From assembly GCA_012295275.1 (NCBI GenBank), contig CM022675.1, positions 3,782,001-3,846,000 on the forward strand: DNA of 64,000 nucleotides, in the 5' to 3' direction. The notes under the pieces are model-generated. The model made no database searches. It was not told where the DNA came from and saw only the letters and a list, made by a program, of their open reading frames with translations. This document shows positions 54,356 through 64,000 of the stretch, in pieces. The DNA comes from Chrysomallon squamiferum (Eukaryota; Animalia; Mollusca). The stretch's first letter is position 1, and the number at the start of each line of letters is the position of its first letter. The position numbers and the translations under genes are program-made.

Positions 54356-55856
54356 TTACAAAGGAGTTAACTTCTTTTGGATGACGTTGAGAACGTCCTC
54401 GCTGTCAGTGATGTTGTTCATCATGTTAAAACATAACTGATAGTCGCGAGGGTCTGACCAGCCGCCGTTGACGCGAGGTAACTTTCTTAGTTTTGCCTTT
54501 CTGCTAATAACTGAGATGTTTTCTGGAAACATGTTTTCTCTGAATTTTTTTACAGCTAAGTCAATGGCGCTGACAATTCTAGTAAAATTACATTTTCTGT
54601 TATTGCTGTGATATCCTTGACACAGACCAGTGTGGATTACACGACTAGACACAGCTTGCATGACCATCACCTGTTTCAAACACGTGCGTGACGCGTACTC
54701 CAAACTGTAGTCCCAGTTGTAGTCGTCATAGGTACAGAAATATTTCGCGCATGATTTCAGCACTTTCCAGAATGTTCTGTTAACACCGATGCCTCCACCG
54801 ATTCTTGCACTGTAAAAACTAAACATCACATTTTTAGAATTCCATTTAAACCAAGTTTTATCAAAAGGCCCAGACATACCAGTCATCAGCATTCTGCAAG
54901 AAGAGCACGTTGAATTCCGAATTTGGTTCATCTTCTGAACGAAATGAACGACGTCTTCGGTCACGTAATGGTCGTCTTCTAGAAGTAAAACAACACCGTC
55001 GTAATGACGTAACACCGTGACGCGGTCGAAGACGAAGTGAAGTTTCCACAACCAGTGATGTTTTATCTGACAGACTCCACCCTGTCTGTAGTGATTGTAC
55101 GTGTCTGGGTATAGCGCATTATTGCACTTCATTTTCATAGCCTCCGCCCGTTTAATATCCCGAGGGCAGTCGTTTGAATGATTACCTGGAAAATTCTTGT
55201 CATATATCTGAATGGCATACGGATAAAAAATCTGCATGACCGGACAGAACTGAATTGACTGAACCATGTTGAATATTTCTTCACTATACATGTCGTGACT
55301 GAAGATCACCAGTGTTTCGTTAATGTTACGCACTTTACGCAGAGACTCCAGCAAGAGTCTGAATGTTTGGACACGATTGTGCACTTGTACAAGTATTACC
55401 ACAGAGTCGTGATTCAAGTGTAACTGAAAACGTTTTAAGTTCCTGATTATCTGTTCTTTGTTTAAAGTTGTCATTAATAACTTTATCGCATGTGCGTCAC
55501 GTAAAGAATTATTTTGTAACTTTATCTCCTCTGCGTCACGTAACGAATTATTTCTTAACGTTAGCACCTCTGCGTCACGTAACGAATTATTTCTTAGATT
55601 TTATCACCTCTGCGTCACGTAACGAATTATTTCTTAGTTTTATCACCTCTGCGTCACGTAACGAATTATTTTGTAACTGAATCCATTGTGAGTCATATGA
55701 CAAATTATTTCTTTTGTTTAAAACGTGAAAAATAAGATAAGTTTTACCCGTAGATGAATGTGTGTTAGAATTAAACATGAAAACAAACACAGAAATAACA
55801 TTCACACAAGAAGTTAAAAGCAAAACTTTTTTCCAGCATCTAATGATAGAAACCAT
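54356..55856 (-). CDS. MGAT2: Alpha-1,6-mannosyl-glycoprotein 2-beta-N-acetylglucosaminyltransferase (GnT-II)-like, intronless, +1 frameshift in the stem repeat
   Basis: Motifs VILVQVHNR, LVIFSHD, FCPVMQIFYPY, FPG..NDCPRD, QIKHHWLWK, LLLEDDHY, FCTYDDYNWDYSL, RVIHTG.CQGYH, NGGWSDPRD..LC. The N-terminal signal-anchor is in ORF 55587-55856 and joins the catalytic ORF if the extra base at about 55598 is removed. Confidence 0.9.
55481..55676 (-). repeat. Coding tandem repeat, 5 x 39 nt (LRNNSLRDAEVIK), in the MGAT2 stem region
   Basis: Span is 196 nt = 5 x 39 + 1. Confidence 0.92.
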
Positions 55857-56032
55857 TCTTTCTTAAACTGACGTAAATATCCAACAAAGGTACGGAGAAA
55901 GCCTTCTAAACCAGAATGACTGTCAAACAATATTTCATAATCCTGTTTTATAATGATTCAAGTTAATGTTCAAAAGTGTAGCTCATTTATATACATATCG
56001 AACATTTTCAGTCCTACTTATAATAAACATTT

Positions 56033-56075
<43 letters not shown>

Positions 56076-56574
56076 TTAAAAGGAAATAACTGAACAGTTC
56101 AGAAGCTAAAAGGATTTTGCACGTTTACTGTCAAAGACGTGGTAATTGTGACAACGTAAACGTAGGACTGCATGCGCATGCTCTGTTTAACATCACCGGT
56201 TCTCTCTGAAAAGAGCATATTATTCAATTGATATCTTAGCGTTTGTATAGAAATAATCATCTCACCAGAAGGAAATATTAGCAAGGCATTTGACTGTATT
56301 GTCAATCGATCCATTTAGTATTATAAACAGATGTGTACCTGGGTTCAGGCGTTTCGATAGAAATATTAACTTTGTCCTCGAAAGCTAGCTATAAATGTTT
56401 ATAACAAGCCATCTTGAAAGGCGATGTACCACAGAAGGTGGGTTACCAAAAGACTGCAGCCATTGCATCTGGTATTTAAAAAATTTACGACAAAAATCTT
56501 TAATCCTGTTTTCTATTAATAAATTGAACTGGTATGACAATATTTTGTTTTATTTAAATATGCAAATAGCCTTA

Positions 56575-56605
<31 letters not shown>

Positions 56606-56985
56606 TTTTTTTTTTTTTTTTTTTTTTGATAACGTTCATTTAATGTATGTATTTATGTTTAATTAAAAAGAAGAAAAGAAAGAATGAAACAGCAAAGATA
56701 AATGACAGCCATGTATCTTAGATCTAGCGGACAAGAAAATATATAAAATATACGTATCAATCAATATGATATACTTCTGTGACATGAAGTCATCTCAACT
56801 TTGTTTTCACTTAACGACATTTGACATTTGAGTAAACATAAAAACGTAACTGACAAAATGATACATTCATTTTAGTAATGATATACAACAGATAATCGAA
56901 GATGTAAACACGTATAGTGTGTGTATGTGCGTGTGTTCATGTGTGTGTGGATGTGTATGGGTGTGTATGTATGTGTGTGTGTATG

Positions 56986-57016
<31 letters not shown>

Positions 57017-57055
57017 ATATGTATGTATGTAATAATATGTAATAATGTATGTAAC

Positions 57056-57092
<37 letters not shown>

Positions 57093-57587
57093 TATATTTC
57101 AGTTTGGAATTTACAACTATAAAAAAAATAAAAAAAGAAAAAGATATTCTCATCAGCTAACGTTTCTCGGTGTTTGCTATGATCTGACGTCATAATAGAA
57201 ATTTAGTTGTATAATGAATTCTTCAAGATGTTGCTCAATTACTGACATGATAATTGCATGAAAAATTTGACTTTTTACTGTCCAGAGGATTTGTTTCATT
57301 TTATTTATTTATTTGTCTTTTATACAGACAAACTAAATATATTGCTTAATTTTGTTATTACCGGCGACATTTATTGCTTTTCTGAAAATTAAAACATAAT
57401 GACTTTTTTTATTTATTTATTTATTTGTTTTATTTATTTATTTATTTATTGTCCAATTTGTTTTTAATGTAATACTTAATTTTAAAACAATTATGGACTT
57501 TTGGGTTCCTTCTGTTCTGAAATAAAATATTCTGATGATAAAATGGCATTTTCGAATGATGACCTAAATGTTTCCAACTCAAAAGAT

Positions 57588-57640
57588 GGGTATCGGGACA
57601 ATTGCCCCCGGACAATGCACCTGGACAACTGGACCCCAGT
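57588..57640. mobile_element. Short relic resembling a Mutator-type TIR (GGACAATTGCCCCC repeats)
   Basis: GGACAATTGCCCCC-GGACAATGCACCT-GGACAACTGGACCCC tandem motif; no partner TIR seen. Confidence 0.35.
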
Positions 57641-58109
57641 TTTTCTTCAGATATACTTTTCAATACAATTTACAAAAATAAACGCAGACGATCAGATCAA
57701 ATATTTAAACAAAAGAAATCATACATATATGTATATTATGTTTGCTTACATTTACAAAGAAAAATCAGCAGTAACACTCACTGAAACGTACACAAGCACT
57801 CGCTAAAATGCACAATTACACGAACTAGTTAAACAGGTTAGAATGTTAGGCAGAACAAAGTACATAAAGATTTTATACATCCACACTCAGCATTGGCTGG
57901 GGATCAGTAGTTTTAAAAACCTGAAGTTAAACACATTATATACAATATCTACAGTCTTACTCTCATCATCATCATCATCATCATCATCATTATTATTATT
58001 ATCATCATCATCATTATTATTATTATCATCATCAACATTATTATTATTATTATCATCATCATCATCATCATTATTATTATCATCGTCATCACCATCATCA
58101 TCATCATCA

Positions 58110-58162
<53 letters not shown>

Positions 58163-58515
58163 TTGTTTATTTATTTATTTTTATTGTTCATTATATTTGG
58201 TGAGGGGTTTAATATTTGCTGGTGTAGTTGTTTTTTGTTTTTAGAAAACAGCTAGCTCTCTAACAACAGCTGTCATTCCACATTGTTTGTACTGATCTGA
58301 CGTCATAATGCCTAGTAGTTCCCATTGAATTCTTCAAGATGTTGACAACTGTGTGTTAATGTACCGAATTAATTCCCATTCACAAAGGAAACGAGCTGTT
58401 TATTACATATTCGTTCACGTTTTTATAGCTTTCTGTTCGTGGCTGGAAAGGTTTCGTTGCACTTGTCAAGTTAAATGGTTTATTATTAGAATAATAATAA
58501 TAATAATAATAATAA

Positions 58516-58546
<31 letters not shown>

Positions 58547-58793
58547 AAGAAGAAGAAGAAGAAGAAGAAGAAGAAGAAGAAATAAAGAAATAGCAAATTA
58601 AACATATATTCATACATACATATATATATATATACATACATACATACTTATATATTAGCACATACATACATACGTTTGTGTACGTGTGTGTGTACGTGTG
58701 TGTGTACGTGTGTGTGTACGTGTGTGTGTGCGTGTGCGTATATGTTTCTGTGTGTGCGTGTGCGTGTGTACGTGTGTGTGTGTGTGTGTAAGG

Positions 58794-59070
58794 GAGCGAC
58801 AGACGATTTGGGTGCACATAATATGGCGTTTACGTAGCGAGGTCATTTTGTTTCATGCATATATGTGTACGTTTGTTTGTACATGCATACAAAAATACAT
58901 ACATACATACATACATACATACATACATACATACATAAATGCATACATACATACATACATGCACACATACACACACACACACACACATACACACACACAC
59001 AACACACACATGAAAATATTACCTCGGTGAGCAAACGCCATATAATGTTCGCCAAAATCGTCTGTCACTA
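58794..59070. repeat. Inverted repeat / foldback element with arms of about 63 bp
   Basis: 58794-58857 GAGCGACAGACGATTTGGGTGCACATAATATGGCGTTTACGTAGCGAGGTCATTTTGTTTCATG versus reverse complement of 59009-59070 TAGTGACAGACGATTTTGGCGAACATTATATGGCGTTTGCTCACCGAGGTAATATTTTCATG. Confidence 0.85.
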
Positions 59071-60124
59071 AAGCGTACACACACACGTACACACACACAT
59101 ACACACACACACACGTACACACACACACACACTCACGTCTTATTTTGGGTGTTTTCATATATAAACGATATTTATTAACCATGTCATCGAAGTAGAGCGT
59201 GGAAGTAGATGTAATTTTTATTTTATTATTATTTTATTAATCAGTATTTACGTATTCTTTTTATTGTTTTCATGTTTTATTAGTTAGGGTGTTTAATTAC
59301 GTTATTTTTTTTTTTTACCTTAAACAATGCTGTTTAGGTTTATCGAAATTGGTATTATTTAGATCCTGGATTATTTACAATAATAGGGAAGACCGATTCT
59401 GAATTCAAACAGTTTAAAGGGAAAAATGAATGAATGAATGAATAATGCAATGATGATGATAACGGTAATACGTTAACTCTCGTTAACTAACCATACAGTC
59501 ATCCACTGAACAAACATAATTATCCAGCTGGTATGAAACAATAACAAGTAATTAACCAAGCCAACCAAGCTATTTTTTTGTTGTCAGTAACATTTGCTAT
59601 AACCGTTCATCCAGGCACTGTGTATACCAAGCCATTTGTTCGTTTTACAGAAGATGCTGGATTGAGGAAATCATTATTTATGAAATTTATGATTTGGGGA
59701 AGGAACAACAGTTAGAAAGATTCCAGAAAAAAAAAAAATAATAATAATAATAATAATAAATATAATAAAAAAATTAAGGATTATAATTAAATTACAAAGT
59801 GCCTCTAAAAAAATAGAAAAACAGAATAAAAAAGAAACAAAATAGATAAATGAGAATTAGCATATGATGGTTTAATAATTATTAATAATTATTTTAAAAA
59901 TTCGTACACCTCATAATTCAAATTTCAGATCAAAATGAATACAATCATTTCATGATCTTAATATTCAGTTTACATTCGTTCGTTAATATGCATTTACTAA
60001 CGTCAGCACTAACTAAGTTTACAGTCTTTGTTGTTGTTGTTTTTTTTTTTATTGATATTGTTGTTGCTATAATGATAAACAGTTATTTTCAAAATAATTT
60101 CTCAAGTGACTAAATTACAACCAT

Positions 60125-60832
60125 TTAAAGATGTTTCTTGAAAAATTCACACATTCTTCTCAAAGCCTGCTCGGTAGCTTCTGCGTGGTAGTTGGGGCCG
60201 CCTTTGTGGGTGAAAGCGTGGCCGGCGTCGTACGAATAGAATTCGTATGGAACTTTTCCTTTGTCGAGTTTCTCTTTCATTTTTTGCTGGTCTTCGGGCG
60301 CGGTGAACCCTGCCATGGCGTCCTTGCTACCGAAATGACACTGCAAGGGTGTGGTTATTTTAGAAATATCACAGAGTCCGTCGCCGGGAATTCCGTAGAA
60401 AGGAGCCGCAGCGCTTATCTCCTCCACGAGCGCCGCAGACGCCATTGCCAGGGCTCCTCCCATGCAGAAACCGGTTACACCTACTTTAGTGCAGCCTTTG
60501 TCCAGCAAATATTTGGCACAACCTCGGATGTCTTCAATAGCGCCAGGCCAGTCTAGGTTGTTCATTAGGTGGCCAGCTTTTTCGTTATCTATTGCTTTCT
60601 CGCCTCGGTAAAGATCGGGAACGATCGTAATAAACCCGCCTTGTCTTGCGATCGTCTGCGCCTCTTCTAGGATCTGATCGTTTAGACCCCACCATTCTTG
60701 CAGCACCACTAGACCGGTTTTCGAGTCCACTTGAGGTTTGCCGAACTGCACGGCTGGGACGTGTCCTTTCGAATTCTTCGACGGAACCGACACCATGGAT
60801 TCCAGCTTGTTGAATTTTGCGGTACTTGCCAT
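60125..60832 (-). CDS. Dienelactone hydrolase family protein (carboxymethylenebutenolidase / usf-like), single coding exon, 235 aa
   Basis: Motifs GLVVLQEWWGLN, PDLYRG, VGVTGFCMGG (Cys nucleophile), PFYG, HFGSKD (Asp), YDAGHAF (His). ATG at 60832 follows an acceptor TTCAG at about 60850; possible non-coding first-exon donor near 62216. Confidence 0.92.
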   Translation of the reverse strand: MASTAKFNKLESMVSVPSKNSKGHVPAVQFGKPQVDSKTGLVVLQEWWGLNDQILEEAQTIARQGGFITIVPDLYRGEKAIDNEKAGHLMNNLDWPGAIEDIRGCAKYLLDKGCTKVGVTGFCMGGALAMASAALVEEISAAAPFYGIPGDGLCDISKITTPLQCHFGSKDAMAGFTAPEDQQKMKEKLDKGKVPYEFYSYDAGHAFTHKGGPNYHAEATEQALRRMCEFFKKHL

Positions 60833-60913
60833 CTTTGTTAGAATTAAATCTGAAGTCAAATAATTTTTGATAATAAATACTTATAATTAAATGGTGTCAC
60901 ACAAACACACACA

Positions 60914-60977
<64 letters not shown>

Positions 60978-61117
60978 TGTGTGTGTGTGTGTGTCACAAT
61001 ATCCCTAGTTCTTTATATATTTTTTTTTCTAATCAAATATCCTATGAATTATTTGCTTCTTAGTTTTAAAAAGTGATCAGTCCACATGATTATTATTCTT
61101 GATAATAATAATAATAA

Positions 61118-61181
<64 letters not shown>

Positions 61182-61614
61182 TTGAAGGTTAATTATAATA
61201 ATTATGATAATTACGGCTAAAGGACTATTTAAGAACAGCGTATTGGATAGACAATGAGAGATAATTAGCTCTTTAATATTTAAATAGGGTAGATAAATGA
61301 GATAATAAATGAGTGAATAATACTACGACGTCATAATGTTGTGCAGAGAACATATTCTTAATGATACAAACGTCTAATCGGTTTCGAAGCAGCTAAAAGA
61401 GCGTCCTTGGTTTACTCGACTGGTACATAAACGCATATTCTCTCTATCAGTTTAAGAAAGCGTAACAAAGTGCGAGTGCAGTTTTTATCCTGTTCGATTG
61501 AATTTGCCAACATCAGCTCACTGAAGTTTAATATTGCTTTATTTTATTATTATTATTATTGTTGTTTTGTTGTTGTTGTTGTTGTAAATAGAAAGTCGGA
61601 TAGATAATAGATAC

Positions 61615-61649
<35 letters not shown>

Positions 61650-61650
61650 C

Positions 61651-61720
<70 letters not shown>

Positions 61721-62768
61721 ACAGATAAAGAGATAGAATGGATGGTAGATATATAGATAGATAAGTAGATATATTACTTAAATGCAAAATATTGTTGTTT
61801 AGTGACAACAAATAAAAGTAAAACAAGTAGATTTAAAACTTTTGCCTTTAAACATTTAAAAGTTTCAGCAGACATATATTTTGACTGCATTACTGTTTAT
61901 ATTAAAATTAATGAATATATTCGTTTTCTTTTTTCTTTTCTTTTATATAATAATTACGATGACAATGATACTGATGATGATGATGATCAGCATCATCATC
62001 ATAATAAAGTGGATATATAATTTTCTCTCTATTTAAACCTTCATTAATAGTAACATTTGCTCTGTATTGGTTTTCTTTTTTTTATTATTTATTATTATTT
62101 TTTAATATGGTAAATATTGATCTTTTATTTTCGTTATAGCTATGATTATAAATAATAAACAGTTTTGTGTACTAAGTAATATATCAACAAAAATAAAATA
62201 AACTGTATTTTATTACCTTATATTTTAAACGTGCCTCCGAAAAGTAGCTCCAGCGTTTGACGGAGTCGCAGTGAAAATTTCCTTTAAACGAACAAAACTT
62301 TCTACTAATCTTATAAAAAGAACTTCCGAGAAAATTCCAAAATACGTTAAGTACCATTTCAGAGAGTATTTTAAAACTTCAAACAATACATGCACCTGTC
62401 GTTATGACTATGAAAGGGATTAACATTTTGAAACGTGACTAAAACATAAAGTGGACACATTTTTGTGTCGTCGCCTTTCTCGCCGGAATGCCGGTTCACA
62501 TTTTTGCCAGCATTGGACAGGGATTATGCGTCTGTTTGTCTTCATTTCTGAAAGCTAATAGCCGACAAATATTTAACAAGGAAGACGAAATTACACGTGG
62601 TGGTTTGGCTCAGAATGACGAAGCATTTTTTCTTTTTTAAAACCAGCACTGGCTACACTGAAGTTAATCTGTTGGACTTTAAGTTCTACCGTACTGAACT
62701 CCATTATAATTTACGTAAACTATGTATGCATTTAAATGAGTGTTGTTACTGCTTGTTTGTTGTTGTTA

Positions 62769-62830
<62 letters not shown>

Positions 62831-63101
62831 AATGAAAACAAGTACTGAAGTTTGTTAATTCATGATTTATTTCACGAAAAGAAAAAAAATCTAATAATAA
62901 AATAAGTAAAATAAACTTGATCCGTTTATGAATATATGTATTACTAAAATAAAATATGTCGCATGAATATTGTTAATTTTGATTGCAAGTAGATATATTG
63001 TTTTATTTTTTTAAAGATAATTTTAAATGGGAAATTGAATGGCAGTTTCGAGATTAGTGGGTTAGTGAGGAGCACTGAATGGATTCTTAATATATTTATT
63101 T

Positions 63102-63174
<73 letters not shown>

Positions 63175-63557
63175 CTTTTCTTTCCATTCGTAAATTTGCA
63201 CGCCTTTTTATACACGTCTCTTTTTCTCTAAAGCAGATTTTCTAGTTTATTAAACTTAGTTTTCTCTCAGTATGAATGCCTGAAACGTTAATTAACGAGT
63301 ATGTATCTGTGTATTTGCATGTGAGTATATCTGTATGTACGTATTATCGATTTAGTACACTAGAGAATAGGTTAATTTTAAACGCTCGAACAAGCTATTT
63401 TTAATCACCTACACTTCCGTTCGTCGTTGACTGGTATTTCCTCAGTCTTTTTATAGTTTTCTTGTTTATTGTTTGCGGTTCATAGATTTAGGCACCAGTT
63501 GTGTTTAAAGCAACCACGAAATATTATTTAATTATTTTTTATTATCTCTTCTGAAAT

Positions 63558-63621
63558 ATGTCAGATGAAATGGCTATTGAGGGAATTGACCCTAGTGTCA
63601 ATTTTTTGTATAAAACAATGT
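63558..63621 (+). CDS. Possible first coding exon of a gene divergent from the hydrolase gene
   Basis: ATG-initiated MSDEMAIEGIDPSVNFLYKTM followed by a perfect GTAAGT donor at 63622; CpG-containing CACTTCCG element at about 63412. No homology recognised. Confidence 0.3.
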
Positions 63622-63963
63622 GTAAGTGGAATTTACGTCAGAAGTGTTTTATGAAAGTATTTAATATTTTTAGTAGCGTCTCAACTCTCCGGCCCAAGGG
63701 TCCAGGTTATTCGATTATCAACAGTTATCAGAATATTTCTCTGAATTATTTTTACTCATTTAATTTAATTAAATGCTACATTTTAAATATGTCGTACCTA
63801 TTTTTTCTTTAAAGTACGATCTGTCTATAAATCTGATTTAAATGTCAATGGACGGATGGTACTGGTACCTGGTACATCGTAACAGTACTAACACTAAGTT
63901 GATTAACAGTCTAGTAATGTAATCTGTTACTGTGTCAGTGTGTCATCATTTGGAAATAGACTC

Positions 63964-64000
<37 letters not shown>

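Noticed and set aside
60131-60556. 141-aa + strand ORF
   Set aside because: Antisense shadow of the GC-rich hydrolase CDS.

Overview
AT-rich, microsatellite-laden animal genomic DNA (mollusc-like, plausibly an octopod cephalopod; inference) with one 200-N gap. Left to right: (1) the last two exons of PA2G4/EBP1 (+), preceded by a presumed intron holding two intact and one decayed U25/snR56-type C/D snoRNAs and two H/ACA-like repeats. (2) From 4.4 to 43.9 kb, a head-to-tail minus-strand array of four 10-exon paralogues plus a relic fifth copy. They encode type I membrane proteins: signal peptide, a C-type lectin-like domain (CTLD) split by an inserted WSC domain, a second degenerate CTLD, Thr-rich stalk, TM helix, and a 250-330 aa acidic tail of repeated paired-tyrosine modules ending in YF(V)(L/V)(E/D). 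The second CTLD shows signs of diversifying selection, and two copies carry frameshifts giving a secreted form and a tail-truncated form. This is the best candidate for an undescribed system, probably a pattern-recognition/signalling receptor family. (3) A possible unannotated micro-exon gene at 46-51 kb. (4) An intronless MGAT2-like glycosyltransferase with a 39-bp stem repeat containing a +1 frameshift. (5) A dienelactone hydrolase-family gene. (6) DNA-transposon relics, minisatellites and a foldback element. Exon models were built by hand from GT/AG signals and paralogue comparison; no database searches were run.
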